From Escherichia coli (GTDB taxonomy: Bacteria; Pseudomonadota; Gammaproteobacteria; Enterobacterales; Enterobacteriaceae), in the NCBI RefSeq assembly GCF_003334785.1, contig NZ_QOWV01000001.1: a stretch of DNA of 64,000 nucleotides, one strand, 5' to 3'. Shown here piece by piece: positions 39,386 to 48,118 of the stretch; position 1 is the stretch's first letter; every line of letters begins with the position of its first letter. A program made the translations under genes and the position numbers. Under the pieces are notes generated by a model that saw nothing but the letters and a program-made list of their open reading frames with translations, had not been told where the DNA came from and made no database searches.

Positions 39386-39416
39386 ATGCCTGACTGCTTT
39401 GTGCGATCAGGCATTC
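39386..39416. terminator. Bidirectional terminator between mdfA and ybjH
   Basis: Inverted repeat AATGCCTGA / TCAGGCATT following an A-run. Confidence 0.6.
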
Positions 39417-39421
39417 TCGAA

Positions 39422-39706
39422 TTAATGGTGATGGTCGTCAATCTGGTGTTCGATAACCATCCCTTCACCTACGCTGGCAAGATGGCGAACATAAGGATGC
39501 GGGCGGTATGCCGGAGCTGGCGCAGGAGCCACATAGACGGTTTGCGGCACAGTCGCGACGCTGACCGCTTGTGGAACGCTGACTGAATCAGGAACCACAA
39601 CCACTTTGTATCCACTCGGCACATCGACGGTGACACTTTGCGCCATCGCCACACCAGTAAAGCCCATTAAAAGCGCGCCCAACAGTAGACAATTTTTCAT
39701 AATCAT
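39422..39706 (-). CDS. ybjH: Small secreted protein of unknown function
   Basis: 94-aa ORF with signal peptide MIMKNCLLLGALLMGFTGVAMA. Confidence 0.8.
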   Translation of the reverse strand: MIMKNCLLLGALLMGFTGVAMAQSVTVDVPSGYKVVVVPDSVSVPQAVSVATVPQTVYVAPAPAPAYRPHPYVRHLASVGEGMVIEHQIDDHHH

Positions 39707-39791
39707 TTCGCCTGAAATAATGCAGCGGGTTAATTTCCGCGAATTATGCAGCCTTCATTCAGGCATTGTGTTGCCGGGCGTGCTGCCGGTT

Positions 39792-40607
39792 TTATTGGTC
39801 AAATGGCGCTTCGTGTTTAAGAACTTTATCGATCACATCCAGTACGCCTTCACGGTTATTGGAGCCTGCGCGGTATTTTGCCGCTGCGACGACCGCGCTA
39901 CCGGCATTTTCCATTGCAAAACTAAAGCCTGCCTGACGCAGCATCTCAATATCGTTACCGCCATCGCCAAAGACCACCACTTCGCTGTCGTCTATTCCCC
40001 ATAATTTCTGCAGTTGGCGAAGGCCATTGGCTTTATGTACGCCGGGGATAATCAGATCGATGCTGCCGTTGCCGGTGTGGACCGACACCATAATATCGCC
40101 GATGGCCTCATGTAATGCTTTTTGTACTTGTGGAATCAGTTCATCGGAAAGATTCAGGCCAAACTTAAAGAAGATATCCTCTAAGTTGTCAAAGTTATCG
40201 ACGTATTCCAGACGGTGATAATACATTTCCGCCACCGTTTTCATGGCATCGTCATATTTTTTGAGTGTATAGGCACTATTTTTTCCGCAGGCAATAATTT
40301 CCACTTCCGGGCGCGTCAGCAAATGTTCCACGACAGTAGCAAACGCATCCTTCGATAGCTCGCCATTAAAAACATCTTTGCCTTCGCTCACTACCCAGCC
40401 GCCGTTTTCAGCCACAAAGGCAATTTCATTAGCAATTTCAGGGAAGAAAGAGATCAACTGATAATATTGATTCCCGCTGGCGACTACAAAGCGAATTCCT
40501 TGTGCTTTCATTTGCTGATACTGAGCCATAAACCGCTCACGGTTATAGGTTTTTTGATCGCTTAAGAAAGTACCATCCATGTCTACCGCAATTAATTTAA
40601 TGCTCAT
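39792..40607 (-). CDS. ybjI: HAD-superfamily phosphatase (Cof-like), paralogue of ybiV
   Basis: 271-aa product with DMDGT and GDGGND motifs. Confidence 0.9.
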   Translation of the reverse strand: MSIKLIAVDMDGTFLSDQKTYNRERFMAQYQQMKAQGIRFVVASGNQYYQLISFFPEIANEIAFVAENGGWVVSEGKDVFNGELSKDAFATVVEHLLTRPEVEIIACGKNSAYTLKKYDDAMKTVAEMYYHRLEYVDNFDNLEDIFFKFGLNLSDELIPQVQKALHEAIGDIMVSVHTGNGSIDLIIPGVHKANGLRQLQKLWGIDDSEVVVFGDGGNDIEMLRQAGFSFAMENAGSAVVAAAKYRAGSNNREGVLDVIDKVLKHEAPFDQ

Positions 40608-41815
40608 CAACTATTCTCCATCGCCGTCTGCGTTTTGGTATCGGGTTTGGCGACGGCTTTCGCGACAATAGCCGCGAGAATAACCAGCGCCAGTACAACC
40701 AGCATTGCACTACGTAATCCATAATGTTCGCCGAGATAGCCCAGCAGCGGCGGCCCGACGAGGAAAGCCAGATAACCGGTCGTTGCTACCACACTGACGC
40801 GGGTTGGTGCATCGGGGCCGGTATCGCTGGCGGCAGAAATGGTCAGCGGGAAGCCCAGCGAGGCACCCAGTCCCCAGAGTACAACAGACACCCCAGCGAC
40901 CCAGGCGCTATCGACAAAAATAATCAGCCCAATACCCAACGCCCCCATTAGTGCACTGGCCCGAACCACGGCAACGCGACTGTAACGGTCGATGAACCAA
41001 CCGCCGGTGAAGCGTCCAACGGTCATCCCCAGGGTAAAACCGGCATAAATCAGCGAGCCGGAAGTAGGGCTAAAACCGTGACCGTCAACCATTAATAAGG
41101 GTAACCAGTCGTTGGCAGAACCTTCGGCAAAGGCCATCGCCAGCACCACAACACCTATCAGCAGCAACTGGATATCGCGATAAAAAGGTACGCCTTTTTC
41201 GCCATGCTGGGTGCCATCGGCAGCATTTTTGCCCGTACCGTCAGGGATTGCCTGAATGGCGATATAAATAGGTGCGATACCTACCAGCGCCGCCAATAAA
41301 ATGTGCACCGTTGCCGGAACGCCAAAGGCCGTCAGTGCCATCCCGACACCTGCGCCTGCCAGCGTGCCCAGGCTATAAAAACCGTGCATCATCGGCAAAA
41401 CCGTCTTATTCATTTCTCGCTCAACGGCAGCACCTTCAACGTTTATCGCCACTTCCGCAGAACCAAAACTTGCCCCAAAGACGCCGAGACCAACGGCAAA
41501 GAGCAGGGGCGATGTCAGCCAGAGTGCCAGACTTAATATCATCATCCCGATCAATGCGCAGGACATCGTGACCAGGATGACATTACGTGTCCCAAAGCGT
41601 TTCACTAACCACGCCGAGCAGAGAATACCGCTCATCGAACCGATCGACAGACCAAAGAGAACACCGCCCATTTCAGCGATCGAGACAGAGAGAATATCGC
41701 GGATAGCAGGCGTACGGGTTGCCCAGGACGCCATTAACAGGCCTGGCAAAAAGAAGAACATAAACAGCGCCCAGGTTCGGCGTTTCAATGCATTACGTGA
41801 AGAATTTACGGTCAT
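40607..41815 (-). CDS. ybjJ: MFS transporter
   Basis: 402-aa polytopic ORF. Confidence 0.9.
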
Positions 41816-41898
41816 AGATCACGTCAAAATAAGAAGAGGGAAGACAACATTAGCAAGGTTGTGTACATTTGTACACAATTGCAGAGAGAGGAAATGAC

Positions 41899-42435
41899 AT
41901 GCGTCGCGCTAACGATCCGCAACGGCGAGAAAAAATTATCCAGGCCACGCTGGAGGCGGTGAAACTTTACGGAATACATGCTGTTACGCACCGCAAAATT
42001 GCTACCCTTGCCGGGGTACCGTTGGGATCGATGACCTACTATTTTTCAGGAATTGATGAGTTGTTACTGGAGGCGTTCAGCAGTTTTACTGAGATCATGT
42101 CCCGGCAATATCAGGCATTTTTTAGCGATGTTAGTGATGCTCCGGGCGCATGCCAGGCTATCACCGATATGATCTACAGCTCACAGGTTGCAACGCCGGA
42201 TAACATGGAGCTGATGTACCAGCTCTACGCGCTGGCTAGCCGAAAACCGCTATTAAAAACGGTAATGCAAAACTGGATGCAGCGCAGTCAGCAAACGCTC
42301 GAACAATGGTTTGAACCCGGAACCGCCCGCGCGCTTGATGCGTTTATTGAGGGGATGACGCTGCATTTTGTCACCGACCGTAAGCCGCTATCGCGCGAGG
42401 AGATTTTGAGGATGGTTGAGAGGGTTGCAGGGTAG
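41899..42435 (+). CDS. rcdA: TetR-family transcriptional regulator (regulator of csgD)
   Basis: 178-aa product starting [15 protein letters not shown] with N-terminal TetR HTH; the prophage begins about 17 bp downstream of its stop. Confidence 0.85.
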
Positions 42436-42451
42436 TAGATAAGTTTTAGAT

Positions 42452-42465
42452 AACAAAAAACCCAT
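42452..42465. repeat. Candidate attL core (left copy of 14-bp direct repeat)
   Basis: AACAAAAAACCCAT is identical to 54039-54052. Confidence 0.6.
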
Positions 42466-42484
42466 TTATGTAAACGGGTTAATG

Positions 42485-42521
42485 AAAACAATAAGTTAGG
42501 TTAAAAACAATAAGTTAGGTT
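42485..42521. repeat. Tandem 18-bp direct repeat (2 copies) next to the int 3' end; candidate integrase arm-type sites
   Basis: AAAACAATAAGTTAGGTT at 42485-42502 and 42504-42521, followed by TGGTGGT-CAG-TGGTGGT. Confidence 0.5.
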
Positions 42522-42539
42522 GGTGGTCAGTGGTGGTTA

Positions 42540-43592
42540 TTACGGGGTAATGCCAACCGCTGCCGCCACTTTGTCGCCACTTGGCAGCGTTGCCAGAGGA
42601 TTGAAACGGAGCGCCGTTTCTAGATGATCCGGTGCCAGATGTGCGTAACGCATAGTCATTTTTATATCGTGGTGTCCGAGAATTTTTTGTAAGGCCAGAA
42701 TGTTTCCACCCGACATCATGAAGTGCGCCGCAAACGTATGGCGCAGAACGTGTGTGAGTTGACCGCGAGGGAGCACGATAGACGTTTTTTCCATCACGGA
42801 TAAAAATTGAAAATAGCAGTCTGTGAAGAAATTGAACCCATCAAGCGCCATGATCTCTTCGTAAAGCTCTTTACTGATAGGGATGCTTCTGTTTTTCTTC
42901 CCCTTCGTTCTGACAAAGGTAATTCGGTATTTGGTCACCTGTGAGCGGGTAAGATTTACGGCTTCACGCCAGCGTGCGCCTGTGCTTAAGCATATCTTAA
43001 CTACCAGTGCCAGAATTGGGTCCTGACGTTTGCAATCAGCCAGCAATTCAACAATCTGCTCATGGGTAAGCCATGCCATCTCTTTTTCTGCGATGGTGAA
43101 TTTTCGCATGTTCTCCAGTGGGTTCGGATACGACCATTCGCCCAGACGGGATAGTTCGCTAAAAACACTACTTAGATAGCTTTGCTCCAGGTTAATGGTG
43201 ACCGGGCTTGCTCCTTTCTTCCATTTCTCGCTGAAGTAGATCTCGCCTGTCAGGCGTTTATCTCGATAGTGGGCAAACATTTTAGAGGTGAGATCGGTTG
43301 CAAGAGGATTGCCCAGAGCGTCAACCATCAACAGCAATTTGTCATAGACATGCTGCCCAGCTGTCAGAGATTTACCATGTAGTTTGAACCATAGCTCAAC
43401 CACGTCTTTCAGTGTTCGACGATCCACTGATTCACCCAGCCAGGGCTTTGCTTCGGTTTCTTCCATCGTGTGGCGCTCAAAAGCCAGTGCTTCGCCTTTG
43501 GTGGCGAATTGTTTACGCACACGACGCCCACTTCGTCCGGCGGGGTAACATTCGCAAAGCCATTTCCCTGTGGTTAGTTTTCGTACTGCCAT
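42540..43592 (-). CDS. int: Phage integrase, tyrosine recombinase (P2/186 Int-like)
   Basis: 350-aa ORF with catalytic signature STGARWREA, HVLRHTFAAHF and MRYAHL. Confidence 0.92.
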   Translation of the reverse strand: MAVRKLTTGKWLCECYPAGRSGRRVRKQFATKGEALAFERHTMEETEAKPWLGESVDRRTLKDVVELWFKLHGKSLTAGQHVYDKLLLMVDALGNPLATDLTSKMFAHYRDKRLTGEIYFSEKWKKGASPVTINLEQSYLSSVFSELSRLGEWSYPNPLENMRKFTIAEKEMAWLTHEQIVELLADCKRQDPILALVVKICLSTGARWREAVNLTRSQVTKYRITFVRTKGKKNRSIPISKELYEEIMALDGFNFFTDCYFQFLSVMEKTSIVLPRGQLTHVLRHTFAAHFMMSGGNILALQKILGHHDIKMTMRYAHLAPDHLETALRFNPLATLPSGDKVAAAVGITP

Positions 43593-43674
43593 AAAAAGCC
43601 CTCATATCAGAGGGCTAAATTTAACTGTATATGTAACCAGTAATCAATGTGTGATTACTATGAAACATACATTG

Positions 43675-45351
43675 CTAAGCAACATGTAGTTCATCGTTGG
43701 CGGAAGTGGCTGCTTTGCGCTCCTGCTCAATAGCTAGAGACTCTCTATATTCTTTCGCCTCTGCAAACATTGTCCAGTGGGCGTTGATGTTCATGTCTTC
43801 AATAACTGATTTGATTTCTTTTAAATTTACGTTAAAAAACTCTTTTCGTGAGTTAATTTTATTGACCTGCTTTTCGTTGAAAACTTTATGCAGATGGTTT
43901 TCTAATGATGGTGCATCATCACTATAAATCATCGCATGAACATCGAACGAAAAAGGAACACTAGCATCTCCGAGTTCACGAACACGATCAAGTGGTTCAA
44001 GGCGGCGTGTCATTCCAATTTTATATACATCTTCGCCAAATGAACCAATATTACTAATGATATAGACGTGGCCTGATCTGGTTTGTTGAGCCATAGAAAT
44101 AGCTCGTTGATTTTTAGCTTCAGCTTCTTCATATTTTAACTGTAGTTCAGCTATTTTTTGCTCTAAAGCTAAGCGTTGTTCTTCATTTGCAAGCATAAGT
44201 TCTTTCGTTGCTTTATTTATAGCTTGCTGAATAGCTTTTTCTTCTTTTTCAGCTTCTTTTATCGCTTTTTCATATTCTCTACGAGCTCTTTCCTCTTCAC
44301 GAAGCTGTTCTTTAATCCTTCTTTGCTCTTCTTTTTCTTCGAGCATAATTTCATTAACTGCTACACCCCATTTTAGCTCGTTGAGTCTTGCCTGAAGATA
44401 GATGTCACTTATTTTTGCGGACCTAAAGGCAGAGCCATTGTAATTTACTAGTTGAAATGCATCTTTTATTTCTTGGGAAAGTTTTCCAAAATTGTTGTGT
44501 TTGACTTTTGATAAAATACTGTCAACTCTTCCATTGAAGGCATCCAAAACAAAGTTTATGGCAGTATTACGCCTGTTTTGCTCAACATAATCACACGAAG
44601 CAGCTTTATTAGTTTTTATTAATGATTTGGTTAACTCTCTGGCTTTTTGTAATTCCTTGCCTGCATCTGTAAATTCATAATTTTCTGCCAGCTCATCAAG
44701 TACACTACGGTTAGGGATGATCCATTCATCACCATAACCTTCAATTTTATTTTTCATTGATTTTGCAACTGCTTCATATTTTTCTGCAAACTCTTTAGCT
44801 TCATATGCTGAACCAGCAATCTCCTTTGCTCTTTCTTCTGCATCAGAAATAATTTTTACTGCATTGTCATTAGCATTTGAGATTAGCTCATTTGCTTTAT
44901 TATTAGCATTATCAAGACGTTCTTTGGCTTTCAGGCGTGCATCGCGAGCGTCTTTGGTGATTGCTATAGCTTCGCTATTAGCGTTGCTTATTGTCATCTG
45001 AGCTTGATAATTTGCTTCGTTTACTGTTTTAGCCGCCTTAATTTGGGCTTCATCTATTTTTTGCTTGGCTATTGAGTCCGCATTTTTTATCTTATTCTCT
45101 GCATCCATTACTGCGCTGTGCAATTCTTCGTATTGCCACAATGGTGCTGCTCGCCCTTCAAGCTCTGATAATTCTCGTACGGTCTGTGCTAGTTTTTCTT
45201 GATTTTCAATCAGTTGGTTAGAAAGGGCTATGTTGTTAGCTGTCAGGTTATCTATAGCCGCTTTGTGTTTTTTACTTTGTTTAAATAATATTACAGCTAG
45301 AACAGGGGCGAGAAATGCTAATAAGAGTATAACGATGGCAAATGAATTCAT
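43675..45351 (-). CDS. Prophage accessory protein: N-terminal TM helix, long coiled coils, C-terminal GIY-YIG-like (T5orf172-type) domain; candidate anti-phage gene
   Basis: 558-aa ORF between int and the CI-like gene, co-oriented with both; AT-rich; hydrophobic N-terminus FAIVILLLAFLAPVLAVILF; K/E/A-rich heptad regions; C-terminal GHVYIISN...YKIGMTRR...E...N motif block. Confidence 0.8.
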   Translation of the reverse strand: MNSFAIVILLLAFLAPVLAVILFKQSKKHKAAIDNLTANNIALSNQLIENQEKLAQTVRELSELEGRAAPLWQYEELHSAVMDAENKIKNADSIAKQKIDEAQIKAAKTVNEANYQAQMTISNANSEAIAITKDARDARLKAKERLDNANNKANELISNANDNAVKIISDAEERAKEIAGSAYEAKEFAEKYEAVAKSMKNKIEGYGDEWIIPNRSVLDELAENYEFTDAGKELQKARELTKSLIKTNKAASCDYVEQNRRNTAINFVLDAFNGRVDSILSKVKHNNFGKLSQEIKDAFQLVNYNGSAFRSAKISDIYLQARLNELKWGVAVNEIMLEEKEEQRRIKEQLREEERARREYEKAIKEAEKEEKAIQQAINKATKELMLANEEQRLALEQKIAELQLKYEEAEAKNQRAISMAQQTRSGHVYIISNIGSFGEDVYKIGMTRRLEPLDRVRELGDASVPFSFDVHAMIYSDDAPSLENHLHKVFNEKQVNKINSRKEFFNVNLKEIKSVIEDMNINAHWTMFAEAKEYRESLAIEQERKAATSANDELHVA

Positions 45352-45371
45352 TTTAAAATCCTTTTACTATA

Positions 45372-45968
45372 TTAATTCGAGACTATTGTACTTCTTATAC
45401 AAGCAACCACTTCAATATCAGAAAATGCACATTCAAAGCTATTCTCTGCTGTTGTAATTTTAATCATTCCTTTAGGAAGCCTTGTGATTTTTCGAATGGA
45501 ATAGGTTCCGTCGATATTGATTAACCAGTTTCCATCAAGTACTTCAGAAAATTTTTGATCACAAATGTATGTGACGAGTCCATCCTGAACAACAATTGGT
45601 GATGAAAGGTTTGCAGGAAGAAATGATGAATCGAAGACATATGAACCGTCTTCAATCATTTTGCCTGCGGCAAGGCGAAACTTAACAAGCTCTTCTGTAG
45701 CTGCTGTCAGCGAGCTTTGCTTAAGGCCTTGTCCGGTAGTTAACCATTTGAGGGAGGTTCCTGTTTCAAGAGCACATTGGATTATCCAGTCAGCAGGAAA
45801 TGTATCCCGCAAATACCTGTTCGCTAGTGTGCTTTTTGATACTTCCAAGTGATCAGCTAAAGCCTGTCGTGTCGTAAAGCCATAGGCTTCGACTAATCGC
45901 TCAATCGCAGCCTTACCACCTTTATTGGGATTTATTTTGATCTCACTTGGGTACTTTGATGTTGACAT
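45372..45968 (-). CDS. cI: Phage immunity repressor (186 CI-like)
   Basis: 198-aa ORF with HTH region FTTRQALADHLEVSKSTLANRYL, transcribed divergently from the apl/cII-like genes. Confidence 0.8.
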   Translation of the reverse strand: MSTSKYPSEIKINPNKGGKAAIERLVEAYGFTTRQALADHLEVSKSTLANRYLRDTFPADWIIQCALETGTSLKWLTTGQGLKQSSLTAATEELVKFRLAAGKMIEDGSYVFDSSFLPANLSSPIVVQDGLVTYICDQKFSEVLDGNWLINIDGTYSIRKITRLPKGMIKITTAENSFECAFSDIEVVACIRSTIVSN

Positions 45969-46013
45969 ATCTCTTTTGCGATCCTAGTATCAGTTTTGTA
46001 CCCAATTGGGTAC
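45962..46013 (+). promoter_or_regulatory. Candidate rightward early promoter (pR-like) with palindromic operator
   Basis: -35 TTGACA (45962-45967), 17-bp spacer, -10 TAGTAT (45985-45990), then perfect 16-bp palindrome GTACCCAATTGGGTAC (45998-46013). Confidence 0.5.
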
Positions 46014-46063
46014 TTGTCACGATTACTACAGGCTCACCACAAGCCAATAGGAGATGTTGCATC

Positions 46064-46285
46064 ATGACCCCTAACATTTCAATAACTCTGAATACGCCAC
46101 ACGTCACAATCGAGCGTTATAGCGAACTTACTGGTCTTTCAATCGACACAATCAACGATATGTTGGCGGATGGTCGCATTCCTCGGCATCGTCTTCGTAA
46201 AGACAAGAAAAGAGAAAAGGTAATGATCAACCTTGCTGCTCTTACCGTTGATGCACTTACTGATTGCAATGTTGTATTCAACTAG
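46064..46285 (+). CDS. Small DNA-binding switch protein (186 Apl / P2 Cox-like)
   Basis: 73-aa [35 protein letters not shown] with HTH-like segment, first gene of the rightward operon; GGAGA RBS. Confidence 0.65.
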   Translation: MTPNISITLNTPHVTIERYSELTGLSIDTINDMLADGRIPRHRLRKDKKREKVMINLAALTVDALTDCNVVFN

Positions 46286-46317
46286 TTCCATTTTGGGATA
46301 CATCAGAGGTGTCGACC

Positions 46318-46827
46318 ATGTTTGATTACCAAGTTTCCAAACATCCACATTTTGATGAAGCCTGTCGAGCATTCGCACTGCGCCACAATCTGGTGCAACT
46401 GGCAGAACGTGCGGGCATGAATGTGCAGATTCTGCGGAACAAGCTGAACCCAGCTCAACCTCATTTATTAACCGCACCAGAAATCTGGCTGCTTACCGAT
46501 CTGACTGAAGATTCAACGTTGGTAGATGGTTTTCTGGCACAGATTCATTGTCTGCCATGTGTACCGATTAATGAGGTAGCAAAAGAGAAACTGCCGCATT
46601 ACGTCATGAGCGCAACTGCAGAGATCGGGCGTGTTGCAGCAGGTGCGGTATCTGGTGATGTAAAAACTAGTGCCGGTCGTCGTGATGCTATCAGCAGCAT
46701 TAACTCTGTAACACGACTGATGGCGCTGGCTGCTGTTTCATTGCAAGCCCGTTTACAGGCTAATCCTGCGATGGCGAGTGCAGTTGATACCATGACTGGC
46801 CTTGGTGCTTCATTCGGTTTGCTGTGA
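46318..46827 (+). CDS. cII: Phage regulatory protein CII (186 CII-like)
   Basis: 169-aa product [45 protein letters not shown]... resembling 186 CII as I recall it; GAGGTG RBS 7 nt upstream. Confidence 0.8.
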   Translation: MFDYQVSKHPHFDEACRAFALRHNLVQLAERAGMNVQILRNKLNPAQPHLLTAPEIWLLTDLTEDSTLVDGFLAQIHCLPCVPINEVAKEKLPHYVMSATAEIGRVAAGAVSGDVKTSAGRRDAISSINSVTRLMALAAVSLQARLQANPAMASAVDTMTGLGASFGLL

Positions 46828-46834
46828 GGTGTTT

Positions 46835-47131
46835 ATGCTGACGAAAGAACCATCATTTGCATCGCTGCTGGTAAAACAAAGCCCGGCAATGCACTACGGT
46901 CACGGCTGGATCACGGGTGAGGATGGAAAACGCTGGCATCCATGTCATTCACAAGATGAATTGCTGTCTGAATTGACCACGAGGAAACGGAGAAAGTCCA
47001 AATGTATGCGGCAGAAAGTGAAGTGGTTTATCAGTTTCGTTACAGAGGGGAGAGTTATTCAGTACCTGAAGATGATTTGCTCTGTTGCTATCCGTCATTG
47101 TCGGGCGATGGCAGTTACTTTTTCACGTTAA
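46835..47131 (+). CDS. Hypothetical small early protein; 3' end uncertain
   Basis: ATG with GAGGTG RBS; the last 130 nt overlap the next ORF in another frame and look less protein-like. Confidence 0.45.
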   Translation: MLTKEPSFASLLVKQSPAMHYGHGWITGEDGKRWHPCHSQDELLSELTTRKRRKSKCMRQKVKWFISFVTEGRVIQYLKMICSVAIRHCRAMAVTFSR

Positions 47132-47226
47132 AGGATGGGACGTTTTTACGGGGAGAGCAGGTTAAAGAGACGATACGAAAAAATGTATCTCCTCTTGAGC
47201 GTTACCGTAAGAACAAAGAACGATAG
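47002..47226 (+). CDS. Hypothetical small early protein
   Basis: 74-aa ORF MYAAESEVVYQFRYRGESYSVPEDD... with GGAGAAAG RBS. Confidence 0.55.
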   Translation: MYAAESEVVYQFRYRGESYSVPEDDLLCCYPSLSGDGSYFFTLKDGTFLRGEQVKETIRKNVSPLERYRKNKER

Positions 47227-47248
47227 CTGCGTTTGGGGGATATGAAGT

Positions 47249-47590
47249 ATGGCAATTAATGGCGCTGCAGCAACTGTTCCATTAAGCCCCGGTGAACGCC
47301 TGAATGGACTTAATCACATTGCGGAGTTAAGGGCGAAAGTTTTTGGCCTGAATATTGAGTCAGAGCTTGAGCGGTTTATTAAAGATATGCGTGATCCACG
47401 GGATATCAATAATGAACAAAATAAACGGGCACTGGCTGCCATATTCTTTATGGCAAAAATTCCAGCTGAACGTCATAGCATCAGCATTAATGAGCTGACC
47501 ACTGACGAAAAGCGGGAGCTGATTAAAGCAATGAATCATTTTCGTGCAGTGGTGAGCTTATTTCCCAGACGGCTAACCATGCCGAATTAA
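47249..47590 (+). CDS. Hypothetical phage early protein
   Basis: 113-aa ORF with purine-rich RBS, co-directional in the early operon. Confidence 0.6.
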   Translation: MAINGAAATVPLSPGERLNGLNHIAELRAKVFGLNIESELERFIKDMRDPRDINNEQNKRALAAIFFMAKIPAERHSISINELTTDEKRELIKAMNHFRAVVSLFPRRLTMPN

Positions 47591-47657
47591 CCAACTAATG
47601 AAATTAATGGCGTAAACCCGCCGGGCATCCCTTTATCTAAATTCAGGAGAATTGATT

Positions 47658-47891
47658 ATGCGTAATATTGAAACCCTCACGACTAAAACCGGACCGGATG
47701 ACGCAGGGCTTAATATTTTACTGACAGAGGCTCGTCTGGAAGAACGCCGGGCAAGGGCTGAAGCAATGGCTGCTCGCCTTGATAGCCTGGCGTGTCATAT
47801 CTCATCCCGCCAGCTAAACCACGTGGAAGCGGCAGAACTGCTGCGCGTGACTGCTGAAGCAATCCAGAACGAAGCGCAGGAGATCCACTAA
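47658..47891 (+). CDS. Hypothetical phage early protein (P2 orf80/81-like position)
   Basis: 77-aa ORF from ATG with AGGAGA RBS (the track's TTG start at 47652 is rejected); stop overlaps next start. Confidence 0.6.
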   Translation: MRNIETLTTKTGPDDAGLNILLTEARLEERRARAEAMAARLDSLACHISSRQLNHVEAAELLRVTAEAIQNEAQEIH

Positions 47892-48118
47892 TGGCTGATG
47901 CAATGGATCTCGTACAGCAGCGCGTTGAAGAAGAACGCCAGCGCCATATCCGTGCAGCCCGTGCCAAATCACCGGGCGTGTCACGCGTACTTTGCATTGA
48001 ATGTGAAGCGCCAATTCCGCCAGCACGACGCCGCGCCATTCCGGGAGTGCAGCTTTGCATTACCTGTCAGGAAATCGCAGAACTGAAAGGCAAACATTAC
48101 AACGGAGGTGCTGTATGA
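47891..48118 (+). CDS. TraR/DksA-family C4 zinc-finger protein
   Basis: 75-aa ORF with CIECEAPIP...CITCQ four-cysteine motif; translationally coupled to neighbours. Confidence 0.75.
   Translation: MADAMDLVQQRVEEERQRHIRAARAKSPGVSRVLCIECEAPIPPARRRAIPGVQLCITCQEIAELKGKHYNGGAV

Noticed and set aside
42485-42521. Possible CRISPR array or minisatellite
   Set aside because: Only two tandem copies with no spacer structure and no cas genes; better explained as integrase arm-type sites
42436-42540. tRNA gene at the prophage attachment site
   Set aside because: No cloverleaf-compatible sequence or CCA-like 3' end recognised near either junction; P2-family phages commonly use non-tRNA sites
44176-44376. 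66-aa Phe-rich ORF on the plus strand
   Set aside because: Antisense to the K/E-rich coiled-coil segment of the accessory gene; poly-F translation is a composition artefact
47710-48060. 116-aa ORF on the minus strand within the early operon
   Set aside because: Antisense to the TraR-like gene and another small early gene; Arg/Ala/Gly-rich composition artefact
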